Notes: generated by a model not told the origin, from the sequence alone. DNA of 64,000 nt from Octopus vulgaris (GCA_951406725.2 OX597842.1:20894001-20958000), one strand, 5' to 3'; shown: positions 42,220 through 56,494, counted from the first letter of the stretch. Translations and numbers: made by a program.

Positions 42220-44383
42220 CTGAAAGATAATTCATGAAGAAAAAACATAGAAGTGATTAGTCATATATTTCAAATATTATGTCCAATGAATTAGCTGCTG
42301 AAATAGAAGAAAAATAAGTAGAAGTGAGACAATTTGGTGAAGACGATTATGAAAATGATAAGTGAAGATTATGAGATAATAATGAAGATGTATGGTATTG
42401 TGTTTAGTGATGGTGAAAGCGATAATTATTATGATGAGGGCATTGCCGGTGACGGATTTGGTAGTGATGAAGTTGTTTCGGTCTGCTGGCATTGCTCTGT
42501 GGTTTCAGATTATGACTGATAAGGATGATGATGATGGTGATGATGACGATGATCATGATCACGATGATGGTGACAACCACTACGAGGACGCAGACGAAGA
42601 TTATGATGACAATATTTACTGATGGTGTTCTTAATATTTGGAATGATGATGATGAGGATGACGCTGATATACAAAGTTGAAACTATAACAAAACAGAAGG
42701 ATGAGAATAGGAATAAAATTAACGACGAGCAGTTATTGATAAACGAGATAAAAAGGGTAAAGAAGATTAAACTAGAACTGGAGACATGTATCTATCTATC
42801 TATCTGTCTATCTATCTACCTACATATCTATCTATCTATCACTTTATCAATATATCTATCAATCGCCAGACAGATACGTAAACACATACAAACATATACC
42901 AATATATATATATGTATATATTTGTTATTGTGTATATATATGTGTGTGTGTGTGTGTATGTAAAACGTTTATACGTGTACTTTTTTCAGTAATTTGACAA
43001 TGGCCATGCTAGAGCCTTTATTCGAACCAATCGAGCCCAGCATTTATTTGTTGAAAGACTAGCACTTATTCTCTCGGTGTCTTTTGCCAAACCATTAAGT
43101 TACAGTGTGTGTAACACCAACATTGCTTATTAGGTGATCTTGAGGAAACACAAATATAAATCTGTCTATATTTGTGTGTCTGTGCTTATGCTAGGACTAC
43201 CACTAACCACTTTCCAGCACCCAGACTACAAAACATCATCTACACACCCATACACAATCATCCGCACACCCACACACTACAGACGCACACAGCTACGCAC
43301 GCATACATCCACACATCATAGTCATTAGCCCCTATCAACTCACACACACACAAACTTACACATTCTTACATACACAACGCACGAGTACTGTTGCTTTGGG
43401 ATCTCCAGTTGTTTATTATCTCCCCGACTCTATCTCTCCCGTCAAGCTATGCTTTTCCTAACTAGTAGCCCTGCTTGATCCCTAAATCGACAAGATTTTT
43501 AATCACTTTTTGTTCATGTCCTCCTTTCTCTTTCTGTTGAGGAGCATAGGCTCGAAAGGAAAAGAATTTTCTCAATTTCCGAGCGTTGAATCTAACACCT
43601 GTTTTCGACTTTTATTTTCCCGTAAATTTAATCTACCGACACACAAACTCGCAAACACACACAGACACACAAACACACATCTATATATTAAAAGGATGTG
43701 TGTTATAATACTATTCCACAACCATAGCAACAATCCAACATACCTGTATCATCAGCAACCCAACGGTTACCATTATGGTTTCGAAACCTGGTCACTGCCC
43801 TTCAATCCGGCGGTGTGAACAGCACTAAAGTAAGTGTTGTTTGGGAACAAAGAAATCAAAGAAACCCATAATTTCAATCACATTTACCCTTTTTATAACC
43901 GTATCAATAAATAAATTCAATAAGTAAATTACAACTCCTAAATACGTAACTAAACAGCGTGAAATTTTTTAAATCATACAAAAATTATAATCTCTACCGT
44001 CTTCCGTAGTATGATATGAATATAAAACTTTAATAAGTACAATATTTCAATCAGTCAATATATAGGCAGCATTAAACATTAACTTTAATAAAACTACAAC
44101 AAAGGAACATATAGGCCAACGTATATTGTATCGGTATTAATAGTAAACTGCAGTAATTAAATTAAATGCTAAATTGCAACCAATATTTAAGTCCATATAA
44201 ATAATATTCCCACCAGTCTTCCATGGATTCCACTATAATGAAAGTTAAAACTTTATATAAATCTCTCCAAAATAATATTAAGTTACCATGTATGTTTTTG
44301 TGTGGGGGTCTATGTCTGTGTGTTTGCTTGTTATTAAATACATACCTTGTATTCAATTATAAAATGTTCAGTTTGAAACTCAA

Positions 44384-44418
<35 letters not shown>

Positions 44419-44579
44419 ATGAATGTAAAAATTTGGAATAAGAGAGGAAGATAAGAAGGACGGTGATGATAAATCGATGTTGATAAATACGAAGAGAGAA
44501 AGAGAAAAGGAAACTGTTATATATATACCCGAATATATATGAAGTTTAAGGAGTCTATTAAAAATGAAAAAGCCTCTGT

Positions 44580-45400
44580 TTAAGACAGTATTTATTTGTT
44601 AACGTTATTTCCATTGCTTTCTAGAACTTCATTCCATCTGTAAACAAGATAATAAATGCCACACTTGTAAAATTGTTTAAGTTTTGATGCGAAATATGAA
44701 TCCAACTCATTTTCAATCTCTTGATGTCAAACTGAGACCATTCAAATGGTTCTGTTGTCCACGAAACAAGGGATAAATTGAAGGAGTAAGGTCTGGAGAA
44801 TAGGGAATATAAAGCAATATTTCCCAACCAAGCTCTCCCAAGAGTATTAGCATTCAAACGATGAGATTAGTAGTGTCTGTTACCTAACTGCGTAATGGAC
44901 CTTTTCCACTATACCCCCAACATGATCTTCCTTTGATGAAGACCTTGTGTTGGTTGTTGAACAAATGTTCCTCCTCAACTGATCCACGATCGACGGCGTT
45001 TAACGTTATGGTTAAGGATCCAGCTCTCATCACCTGTAACAAGCCTTCCTAAAAATCGTTATTAAGGTGGCGTGAAAGCAACACGTTGTTGCGGATTCTC
45101 TGGAGACAGTTTGAAAGGGTCCCATTTCCTATCCATTGAACCCTTTCCGATCCTTTGATCTTTTTCAGTTCGTGCAGAAAATTTGTATGGGCTACGTTAA
45201 ACAGTTCTACAAGTTCTCTAGAATTAGCGGTTGGATCTTCTATGATAACAACTTTTTCAACTCTGCGGAATCAAATTGTTTTGAACTACACTATTTTGGC
45301 CTGTCTTTCAAACTCAATCCCCCACTTCTGAAGCGAGAAACCTATTCCCTGCAAATTCTTTCACACACCACATTCTCTCCATAAACTTCCTGAGGATACA
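44580..45400 (-). mobile_element. Degraded mariner transposase
   Basis: Minus frame ELGWEILLYIPYSPDLTPSIYPLFR at ~44760-44835 (YSPDL motif). Confidence 0.8.
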
Positions 45401-46326
45401 GGCAAAACACCAATTACAAACATCAACTTAGTGCAAACACAACCGACCAGATAATGTTCTGTGGGACAGTGAACAAAAATCATGCAGTGTTGCAGAGGTC
45501 AACTACCCTGCAGATGTAAATGTAAAATCAAAAGTCCAGGAAAAAGAGAAAATTTATTACAAATTAATGCGGTACTCTTTTACCTTTACTATGAATTTTC
45601 ATTTGTACCTATCATCATAAGTGCACTAGATTATATATCAACAAATTTACACTAAAACCTAGAAATACTCGGTTTCACGGAAGAAGAGAATATAGAACTA
45701 ACGCGGATTATCCAAATCCAGTATATATTCCCGATATGAAATTTTATGTGAATAGAAGCACACACTTGGGTGTATGCATCGAGAGTTCAAACAACACACA
45801 AACTCAACCACACATCTACAAACGCCGGGACTTCATTTCACTTAAAATGTCTTGTCACTTTGTTAGTAACCGGCTTGAAATCTCCCAAGAACTCTAACAT
45901 AAAGAAAAGTCATACGTGCATACATACATACATAACACGAAGCGACCAGTCGGATGTTCTGAACTGTAAGAGGAGGTCCTTATTACGGTCGTGGGATGCA
46001 TGTGTAAGCGGAATAGCAAAGAATATCGAAAACAGTGTGGGAGTAGGAAGATCACCTTTTCAGTCGGGATTTCGTGAGACAATTTTCTGTTTAATACAAC
46101 CCGGTACAACCGCTTAGACATGGAAATTAGAGATAAGGCAATATGTACTGAAAAACAGTCTACTTGACTTCATAGCTAGAAATATATCGACTTCCTTTAC
46201 TACACTGTAACATGGTGTTTAACGATGTGAAATCAACACCATAAGGTATTTACTTACAACTTAATAAATGAGAATTTAAATCATTGAATGTGGAAAATAT
46301 GTAAAAAAGAAATGTCCAATACTTAC

Positions 46327-46451
46327 AAATGTTTGACGTTCTGGCCAATATTTTGTGGAACAGAAGTCAAACTGAGATGTTTACAGTCTACTTCCATCAC
46401 CTCCATACAACCATTCACGAATACTGCAAACGTCTGAAACAGCATGAGACT
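46327..46451 (-). CDS. Signal-peptide end + LRR N-terminal cap exon: SLMLFQTFAVFVNGCMEVMEVDCKHLSLTSVPQNIGQNVKH(L)
   Basis: acttac donor at 46321-46326 in phase 2, matching the LRR exons. VDCxxxxLTSVPxNI is the LRRNT signature. Acceptor ttcttttAG at 46452-46453; closer alternative AGs exist. Confidence 0.85.
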
Positions 46452-46786
46452 CTAAAAGAAATCTCATGTACATTATCAACACAAAAGTCAACATAAAATG
46501 GTGATTTTGCCGGAACATATTTTCATGTGTAGATTAATCTGTAAAACAAGAAAATACAAAATATCAGACACTCTATTGTTATTTCATTCATTTTGCAAAT
46601 TCTACGAAGGACAAATATTGGTCCCTGTTTCATGCGATGAATTTATCCTTGATTTCGCTTACTTTCAAAGTCATAATTTAAAAATTAAAAAAAATGAATT
46701 TCGATCAGTGTGAAGAATATAGTTATAGATTATAGCATCCATGAGTGATAATATGAAATAAAAACTGAAGACCTATCACCTTAAAG

Positions 46787-46884
<98 letters not shown>

Positions 46885-47170
46885 CGCGAACAGGCATGCC
46901 CGCGCGCACACTCGCAAATCATCTGTATATATAAAATCATTTGTCTCTCTCTTTGTTCCCAACGCATTCACAAACGGCTCAACAAAACCAAATCAAACTC
47001 TACATGATAATACTATCAGAACTCGTGAGTGTCAACATGTAAATTTTTCGCATTAAAACAATGCAACATTGGCACTGATTCCGTATTACGTCTCAAAACT
47101 CGAAGAATAAAAGTGAAAGAATAACATCTATATTGTAATGTGATATATTGTTTCACTTCCATATACTTAC

Positions 47171-47228
47171 TTTTAACTCTAACCACGACGACGACGACAT
47201 CACCTTTCGCATATGATTGTGTAATTGT
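47171..47228 (-). CDS. Candidate start-codon exon (ATG at 47212; MRKVMSSSSWLELK)
   Basis: AAA|GTAAGT donor (acttac at 47165-47170), ttcacAG acceptor at 47229-47230. 42 coding nt end in phase 0, in frame with the 125-nt LRRNT exon. Confidence 0.55.
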
Positions 47229-48299
47229 CTGTGAATGTATGAGTCTAAGTGTATGAATGTTTATATGTCTCACAGTGTGTGTTTGTGTCTTTCCGCGTGA
47301 GTTAGGTTATTAAACATACTATACGTGTGTGAGGGCTGATCAGGGTCAATGCCAGTTCCATTACCAGTTAATAACAATCGCAGCATTTGTAAGGTTGCAA
47401 GCTATTTGCAATTACTTATTTACCCTTACATTAAAACATTTATCCTATATCTATATACTTCTTTGTGTCTCTGTAATATTTGTTGTAGTATTTACCGTTA
47501 AATTAGCAGTTCTATACATGTGCTTTTATTTCGTTAATTTGCTTATATTTCGTCAACTTACACTGCATTCAAAATATAGACATACTATATACATACATAC
47601 AACGCAGTAAGCCAATATGCCTTATTTTTAAAGTAATTCATTATTACATATTCTCGTGTGATTGCATCGGCTCACTTTATGCTTCTTATTCTAAAGCCAC
47701 ACCAGCAATCCAATCTCAACACTTCGCCTTCTGCAACGTTTCAATAGTTCACTTCCCCGTTGCTGTCTCCCACTGCAGCCCATTTCCGGGATGTACACAT
47801 TTACATACAATATCCCCATTATAACTCCATTCGTTTTACTGTCAACCATACGATCGGTCGTATTAGACGGAGCGCTGATCGTCTCAAAGGGGAGTATATC
47901 CACTGACACCTTTTCGGTGGGTTCAATAATTACATACACACCTACTCCCAATTTTCCATTGTAGGTAAAGGCCTGGAATCCTCCAAACGGACGTATAACA
48001 TGTCGCTTAGTCGAGTTAGACCCCACAATAGTAATGATAGAGGTAGTATTGATAATAGCAACATTCGTAACAGCGTTAGTATTAACAATGGTAATATTAG
48101 TAATAGTATTAGTCAGATTAATAACAGTGGTAGTGTTGATGGTAACAATGACAGCATTTCTATTGTCAGGGATATTGCCGGTGGTAGTACAACTAATAAT
48201 AATAACAATAATAGAAATAGTGTAGTGATCAATGCTAGCAGTAATGGTAACAGCAATCAGAACAATAAAAACTCCGTTTTGATCTCGGAGGAAAACCCG

Positions 48300-48755
48300 A
48301 ATAGATTAAAGTTCTTATCCAGCAATTCCAAAATTAAAAACTCCATTTACCAGTGTAAGATTTCTTCCAGTACCGGTGTCTTCTTCTATATTGGCGCGAC
48401 AACTTCTCGATTGTCCCAGAGAATTTCCAATCATTATTCAACTTTCCGAGATAAGAGAAAACAGCATACTACAGGACTAAGTAAATTAGTTTGGCGTCTT
48501 AAGGACAGCAATATAACTTTCAAACTGGACTGGTCCATATTATCTGTATCCTTTCCTTTTGATAAGGGCAGGAAATTCTGTGGCATATGTTATTCCGAAC
48601 TCTTCTTTATCCTTTTCTCCAAATTTCCCTTGGTAAACACAAATTTACACACGGGAACACGGGATTTCTGCCCTTGGCATGTAGCTTCAACCGTGTTTTC
48701 TGACGTGAATTTGCTACCCAGATATCGGTTAACCAAATTATCCATACTAGGATAA
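48300..48755 (+). mobile_element. Penelope-like element GIY-YIG endonuclease fragment
   Basis: IYQCKISSSTGVFFYIGATTSRLSQRISNHYSTF...TGLSKLVWRLKD...WSIL...CGICYSE. Confidence 0.8.
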
Positions 48756-48866
48756 TTTATTCACTTTCTTATATATATATACATGCCTACCTACCTACCT
48801 ACCAACCTACCTACATACTTACATACCTACCTTCCTACCTACTTACCTACCTATCTACATACATAT

Positions 48867-48897
<31 letters not shown>

Positions 48898-49199
48898 CCT
48901 ATCTTTCTACCTATCTATCTATCCGTCTGACTGACTGTCTGACTACTTGTTGTCCTGTCTGTCTGCCTGCAGTCTGCCCGCCTTTTTGTGTGTCTGACCT
49001 ACTATTTGCCTTTATCTATGCACGTATCTATCGGTTTGTCTGCCTGTCTGTATCATTGAAACCTTGTAGCCCCAGGGAACTTTATGCTATATGAATCCCT
49101 TACAGCAATAGTTACAATCCATGCCAAATAACCAAGTTTACATCTGAAACCTGTCAACTGAATGTAATTGAATTTAACCAAATAAACACATAAAATGTT

Positions 49200-51800
49200 T
49201 TAATGAATCTCTCAATGCAAAATGTTTCCATCGAAATTAAATACAACCGGTTTTACCACCTCACCATTGCATACTCCGACAAAAAACCTTTCTTTCTTTT
49301 TTGATATCCGAAAAATCTTTAGCGATTGTTCTGTTCTCTACACCCAAAGGCAAAAGCACAGATCCCTCATCGTTTCATGAGTCCTCTTGATTCTCAGATA
49401 CTCCATTTACAGTCCGAATTTTCTGAATTGTCTCTCTCCTGAACAACCAGTGGCCATCAGGCTCAAGATATATTTCGAAGTGTTACATCAATATTTGGAA
49501 ATGTTTCAGCAGACCCCCTCACGTGGATAAAAAATGCCTGGCAGGATGGAGTGAGACATGGGCTGAGCTTACAAAGGTTGCAAATTTGGCAATTTCTTCT
49601 ATTTCAGGGGATTTAAGCCTCACATCTTATTTATGTGTCAGATAAACTACATAAGGTCACTATAACATTGAACTTGTCACACACTGGTTGATAGGCTACT
49701 CAGAGTTTTTATAAATCAACCGATAACTGATTTAAAATGATATTGAATATTCTGAATCCGAATTTTTCTCTTGTAGAAAGGACAAATTCCCCTGGGTCAT
49801 AATGTTTGTCTCTCTTCCTTGGCCAACCTATTGTTACTTTACGGTCTGTGTTTTCACACATGTCAATTGCATCCAGCGACAATTCTCCATATCTATTCCG
49901 AAGTGATTTCAGAAAGTTTCATAAAGCATCAGTTAGATCCACCACGTTATCAAGATCTACTTCAACTCCTTGAAAAGCTTTATATCTACTATTAAACCGT
50001 AGATGAATTATATTCCAGATTCTCACCAACAGAACGGTTTCAAGGCAATCCATTTTCTCTGCTACTGTCTGTATTCCATACCTTGCTTCAGGTGTTTGTT
50101 CCATATCATCTCCAATATTCTTCAGTAGATTTTGAATGCAGTTATGTCCATTCCGTTATATCTTTCCTTCTCTGTATTTAGGCAGATACGAAAAGGAGTA
50201 TAGACATAGTAAGAATGCAAAATAGTTAACAACTTCAAAGTAGCAAGATGCTGTAGTCTGTCCAACAAGATTCAGTGAATTAGCAACACGGTGAATGAAA
50301 ATTGTAGTTTGGTTCCTTGTCTTAAGTCTGAATCACAGTCCTATATGCTGACGGAACATATTACTAGTACTGTCATAGGACTGCTTCTCGCAGTCTTCAA
50401 TGTTGATTCTTTTTCAAGAAATTCTAACAGAGGTAGAACTTCAACTTTGTGAGAAACCGTCTGAAAAAAGTTTAAAACTTTCTATCTGCTTCGCAGAAAC
50501 AGCATAATGCACAGTAACTGTTAGCTTGTCAACATGAGCCTGGTCCAGTATAGAATAACAGAAACTGAGAAATACTTGGCAGCTTTAAATTCTGTTTCAA
50601 TATGATTCTTAACAGATTCTGACTGACCAATTTCTTTGTAAATGGTACGTAATATGATTGCTTATCACTTCTGAGATTGCCGACTGCTTTCAAATGATCC
50701 ATCACAAATGGTTCAAACTGGGCAATAAGTTTTAAAATTATTCCCACCAACAAAAAAAAACGTTCTTGATATGCTTAGATACTATGATCTCATCCCTAAT
50801 TCTACATTCAAGACCTCTCTCGACTAGAAATATTATGACAGCTACAACACGGCGCAATATTTCTTGCTTTCCTCTGTTTATTTTTCCAAGCCCCTGTTAA
50901 CATGAAAACCCCTACACTAATGATTGTTTTCGACGCAGAATGTTTAGGGCCTTGACTTTTCTCAAGTGTTTTCGTTTTCTACTTTGCTTTTTCCCGATCG
51001 TTGGAAAACCTGTCTCATCGGCTTAACATCAACGTACAGTAAAAGTAATAAACGGCACCCTTTGATGGGTGGCACAAGAGCCACTTTATCAGCTGCTCCT
51101 CAGCAATAACATCAATGGTATAAAATAATTGAGTTATTAAAATAATGACAGTTGCACCCGGTTTTCCTTCACCTGACAAATAATGGAGTCGAGATTCTGG
51201 GTAGGAATCAGGGGCCTGTTTGCTTTCACATATCACTGATTTTGACTGAAAGAACGTGGATACATATTTGTGCTGGCATAAAACCACATAGCTGGGCCTA
51301 GATCCCTTGATGGTGCTTCATTATTCAAGTCAGTACGATTTGCTAATTCTTCATCTTCAGTATTTTCGGTTGACACGTGGCCCCTATTTTCTGAAGATGT
51401 GATTAGTAGTGTAACTGGTTCCTAAAAAGGGATAGCCGATAGTCTCTAAGTTTTCCTTTTTCGAAGCATAACAAAATTTCTGTACTATGTGTCTTTGCCA
51501 ATGCAGCGGAATTTCTTTCACCATTCTCTTCGGAAATGTTTCTCTTCTAAGCTCCTCCGGACAGTTGAATGTTCCGGGGCATATTGGATATTTTTTTGAG
51601 AATATAACCTGAGTACAAAATACTTTCACTTTTTTAATTGAAATAGTGTCTGCAAATGTAAGTGTCCAAGGCATTTTCTGAGGATAGAGAGTGTTTGGAT
51701 TAATATGCGTAGCTGCTGCTGACGATCGTTAAGTTTATATATTTTATTGTCTTGGCTATTTTCCCACCTTTTTTTTTTACGTTTACTTTTTTTACGGTCA
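49200..51800 (-). mobile_element. Degraded hAT (ZMYM1-like) transposase
   Basis: WLLCHPSKGAVYYFYC (TTF-like), LKLIAQFEPFVMDHL, CEKQSYDSTSNM (cf. CRGQSYDGASNM), FIHRVANSLNLV (cf. HCxAHxLNL). Many stops. Confidence 0.75.
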
Positions 51801-53329
51801 GGAAATTATAATGGTAAGTCTACGATGAAATAACAGCAGCTGTTCAATAGAGCTAGGTAAAAATTGATGGTATAGACAACCTGAAAGATGACGTTGCAAA
51901 ATAGCACCACCAACCGTGACACGTTCTGAATCAGTTAAAATTATTGTATGTGGAAAAGGTATGTTAAAAAATACAGTCAGACAAATTTATATTTGCTTTT
52001 AATAACACGAAAATAACAATAAAAGTAATTATAATACATTGAAAACATTAATGACGAAACAATCTAAAATATTTTGTTTAAAAAATTAACAATAAGTTCT
52101 AATACGTCGTAAAATATAAATAGAAAAATTAAAAACCAATTATATTCGATTAATTAAGCTTTTAGAGATATATTGAGTTAAATATCAGTCAAAATGAAAC
52201 CAATAATAATGGGGAATGTTACAAAAATAACTTGGCTACCTTCAATGATCAAAATGAATTATTATTTTAGATTTAGTTTTATTTTTCAAAAGCATTATTA
52301 ATTTATTAAGATAGCATAGGAGGAAATAAAACATTCATTATAAATAAGGATAGCCAAATTATTTTTTGTACATTTCGTTATTTTTGGTTTAAGTTTCATT
52401 GATGTGTCCCTTACATGACCCTACAGATTTCCAAAGTGACCCTCAACTCACCAAAATTGATTTAGACCAATCTCTGGAAATGGCATTTTCATTGATAACA
52501 TTGTATTTCTAGATGGTTCATTTAGTTTTCAAGGTAAGAGCAGAATTTCTGTGAGGACTTCTATTACTATTGAATGAAGCAAAGTGAAAAGAAAACGATT
52601 CATACATGGCCGTCTGAGCTGCTTTGTACGCCCCATGGCAAAACTGAGGCCCATACAAACACAAACACCCAACACTAAAAACAAGAATTTATATAGTTAT
52701 GAAAACGAAATTGAAGTTCTAGAATGAACAAAACCATGAGATGCTAAAAATTGTAGTCGTTTTCGGCTTCATTAAAAGAACATTCTTTATAGAATGGTTG
52801 AATGTGTTATGACAAAGAATTTTCAAGGAGTATTTTTTCAGTTTCCAGAATAGTAATTTCAAATGTTTGAACTGGAATAGCATGAAATAGAGAGGAAAAG
52901 GTTATTCCGTGTTCCTGAGATAATAACAGTACAGTCAGTAATAACCATGGACACCTGATAGATTATATTCATGCGATCATTTCTTCAGGTTATATGGTAC
53001 TAAAGTTGGAAGTAGCGGATGTAGAACTGAGAATAACACGGGTGTGCAACTTATGCTTAGCGGAAACCGTGGGTATCATCGCATCCAGAGAAAACATAAA
53101 TAGACATTACGTGTCATGAAAGCAGATATCATGTAAGCATAGAAGCAAGGCAACAATCCTAGAATTCGAAAAATCATTTTGAAGGAGAAAAACATTAACT
53201 GCGTTTAGCATATAACGGAACAATAGAACGTATAAACGATTAAACAAAAGAACCATGATTTTCATATGCTATACGCTAAACCATTATACCACCAAAAGGA
53301 ATTAAAAGGAGAATATCATTTGTCAACTC

Positions 53330-55147
53330 AGACAACGAACTCCAACAAGTGAATCGCTGTACTTGTAGACCCTACTACGTCTGAATTCATTGAGCAGGTG
53401 CCAGCTGTGACTAATGGTATACCAACGAACTATACCACCCATCCTAGTATTAGCACTGCTTCTCAGGGGGAGGACGACTAGGGTCAGAAGTGAAACCACA
53501 ATGCCCAGGGCCTCTTTGCTTAACTCGATTAATTCACAAGAAGAAGGGAAGAATTTGAAAGCGACGAGGGTTCCACAAAAAAATTGCACGGGTGAATTTA
53601 GCTCCAGCGACAGATCTTAGAAGCGTCCGGTTGAACAATGACTTGAACATTATTCCGGACAACATTATGAAGGGTGACGCTACCGGGAAGGTAAGAAACG
53701 TGGTGCAATTGGTACAGCAGGCTTTCCAATATAATTTGGGCTTGAAGGAAAGCAAGAGCAACAAGCAGGACAGTTTCCATAAGAATCAGCGTCAGGTGGC
53801 AGAATTGAGGAAAGAGAAAGACAGCTTCAATATGGTGGAAAGAAGCATACGGTGAAAGAATAAAATTAGTTAAGTTAAGTTAATTTTTTGGCTCAAAAAG
53901 CAAAAACTAAGGCCATGTAGGGGGACATGGAGTTATGTACAGGATGGTGTTCATGCAAAGGGTCCCGGCCATTTCTGGTCAAGAGAGACTGTGAACCGAG
54001 CAGTCGTCGGCATCTTCACTATCTCGTCCGGCAACTTATTCCACGGATCCGCAACCCGGACGGAGAAAGCCCCTCTCCTTCGATTGAGATGAAATCGTCG
54101 CAGATACAGCTTTTCGGAGTGACCCCGCAGCCGACGCTCTGGAGCAGGAGTGAAGAACAGCTCGTTCGAGAGGTTACACTTTCCGCTTATGATGTTGTGA
54201 GCAAGAATGAGATCACCACGGCGTCGTCGTTTTTCTAGAGAATAAAGGTCGAGCGTCTTCAGCCTTTCTTCATAAGACAAATGCTTCTGACCAAGAACCA
54301 TGCGGGTAGCCAGCTTCTGGACTCTTTCGAGATGAATTAGTTTTAAAGCAACTGAGCGCGGAGTTACGAAACATTCTGCTCCACCTGCGCACGACAGAAT
54401 CATATTGGAAAAGAGAGCGAGAAAGAGGGACAAAGAGAAATAGAAAGAGACCAAGAGAGGGAGAGAGACATACATGGAAAGGCAGAGGTGGAGACAAAGG
54501 AAGGCCTTTATAAACTTCCAGTTCACGCGGGAGATTAATATACTGTGCGGAAGACGAGGAGAGCAGAGTAACATCTGTGAATGATGTCCCAAGAAGAAAT
54601 ATCCCTCTCTTCTGGTGGAGGGTTATCTTTTCTAGGGGTCATCATGCACAGAAGTGAAGGGATGTGCCCTAGTCTACTCAGAATGACCCCGAAAGCACAT
54701 CAGAGTTCGGCAATGAGGAAAAGGCGAACAACTCACTTTCTGTTGTTTGGTTGGATCTCGACAAAGCGTAACTAAGCGTGTCCTACCAGTTACTTCTAAA
54801 TGAAATGGAGTACTCCCAAGTAGCAACGGACATAGTTGGACTAACAATGTCCCACATGTATTCGTTGAGGCTGAGATTTACCGTGGGAAATTTCACAACA
54901 AAATGGTAGAGTAGAAAAGGGCATTATGTTAGAATACCCAATTTCCGTGGAGCTAATTGTGGCAGCCACGAATCTATTGCGAGAAGTGGTGGGGAGCAGA
55001 GAACCGGTCCCGAAACTGACGGAAACATACGAAATCCACTATGCAGGGCATTCAGGAAATCCTACGATTACTGAAGGTAGCAAAATAAAGGTAGAAAATC
55101 TACCGTCCTCGCAGCTTTATAGGAACCGTGGCAAAACAATGCTCTGA
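53330..55147 (+). mobile_element. Degraded RLE-type (Hero/R2-like) non-LTR relic split by a CR1 insertion
   Basis: LNNDLNIIPDNIMKGD...NQRQVAELRKE before the insertion and LRNILLHLR...KAFINFQFTR after it resemble the pre-RT region of Hero-like elements. Assignment by resemblance. Confidence 0.45.
53865..54350 (-). mobile_element. CR1 LINE 3' fragment
   Basis: LERVQKLATRMV..LSYEERLKTLDLYSLEKRRRRGDLI...RGH..KL...FSVRVADPWNKLP, with a (AACTT)n-like tail at ~53865-53885. Confidence 0.9.
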
Positions 55148-55591
55148 GATCCATACAAACACAAACAACCACCACTAAAACTTATGTGAATATAATCATA
55201 GAAAAAGAAATTTAATGACGAAAAGGAGCGAAAACATGGAATACAAAACAATTGTAGACTTATTTAACTTCATTAATGATCTTTCCTCTGCAGCATGCTT
55301 AAGGAGTCTTATGACCGATAATTAAAAAATCAGAGAATTTTGGAGGAGTACTTTTCCTCTTTCCAGAGTTGTAATTACAAGTGTTTGAGAACTGGAATTG
55401 TACAAAACGGCGGAAAATACAGAGGCAAAGGAAGATAAGAAAAAGAATCGTTATAGTAAAAAAACAAATTTTAGCAAGCATATAATAATTCTAAAACTGA
55501 AAATAATCTCCTTTGAGCAGATGAGAAATGTAATTTCACAACTAAAACGAAATACAAAATTTTTTTGATCATATATAAGTTATGTACTTAC

Positions 55592-55665
55592 ATGTTCTCT
55601 CACAAAGCCATTCCGAACTCTCCGATGTCGAACTGAACAATGAAGCTTTGGGGCCGCAATTTATA
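55592..55665 (-). promoter_or_regulatory. Candidate core promoter (TATAAA + TCAGTT initiator) and 43-nt non-coding first exon
   Basis: Minus-strand TATAAA starts at 55665, 31 nt upstream of the A of TCAGTT (55634). GTAAGT donor at 55591-55586. Same strand as the LRR exons. Confidence 0.55.
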
Positions 55666-56454
55666 AAAATGTGCGTGAGCGCACATGCATCTGTTTCTTA
55701 AATGGCAAACGGTCATTGATAGGTTATTCGCAGAAAATGACCTCAGAGAATTTGAACAAGAGAGAATGGCTTCTATCTTTCTATCTATCTCTTTATCTTT
55801 CTGTCTATTTATCGTTACACACACACACACACACATGTATATATAAATATGTGTGTGTGTGAGTGTGTATGTGTGACTATCTATCTATCTATCAATCAAT
55901 CAATATACATATGGATAACTAGAAAAATAGATATACACATATCTATATATGCGCAATACATAATTAAGCAATTAGTTATGACTTGTACAGAAACTTCTTG
56001 GGGAGTGTTGGCTTTCATATCTGTTGCTTTTGTTGTTTTTTCTCTCTTGTGTTCTTTGGCAATTCCCAGAATAATTTTAGTTGCTTCTGGGACTGACCAG
56101 CTACTTGAAGACTAATAGCTACTTGCTTTTGGGATTGACTAGCTTCAATTAATTGATGTCATCAAAGTAGTGAAAGATCAGAGTTACACATAAATGAGAA
56201 TCCGATAAATATTTTAAGGGGTCAGTGTATATTTGTATACTGGGAGAGGACCCCTTCAAACAAGATTGCCAGGATCGAAATGGGCCTTAGTCTTTGAAAC
56301 ACCCGGTACCCTCTGTTGTAGGGTGCTTCTTGATGCCGGGGATGTGGGCGACAATTGCCAGTTTTAATATGGAATAAATCCGTGTGTCGGTCTGTCTGTC
56401 TCTCTGAGAATACTTCAGTGTTTATCAATCTGTCAGTCAAACTATCTCTCTGTC

Positions 56455-56494
56455 GTCTGTCTATCTATCTATCTATTATCTTCTGTCTATTATC

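Larger units (their letters stand above)
30625..44010. repeat. Third (exon-deleted, Tx1-interrupted; ~30625-38530) and fourth (exon G; ~38530-44010) copies of the 7.3-kb unit
   Basis: Paralogous ORFs 36820/16941/43134, 37687/17808, 39997/12799, 42622/16408. The fourth copy has an internal deletion at ~40925. Confidence 0.92.
52648..55430 (+). repeat. Diverged ~250-280-bp direct repeats (~52648-52900 and ~55148-55430)
   Basis: ccatacaaacacaaaca..cactaaaa and gaatttt..ggagta..tttccaga..gtaatt..tgtttga..actggaat occur in both. Confidence 0.7.

Noticed and set aside
46252-46320. Another acttac donor with vaguely LRR-like TFNDLNS upstream
   Set aside because: Only 63 nt from the LRRNT donor, no acceptor, and a stop in the phase-2 frame.
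48000-48300. Asn/Ser-rich ORF as a host gene
   Set aside because: Low-complexity linker contiguous with the Penelope GIY-YIG fragment.
55299-55481. Hydrophobic ORF MLAKICFFTITILFLIFLCLC as the signal-peptide exon
   Set aside because: It has a nearby acceptor but no convincing donor, and its 3' part lies in a repeat also present at 52648-52900. The 47171-47228 exon fits phase and donor consensus better. Not fully excluded.
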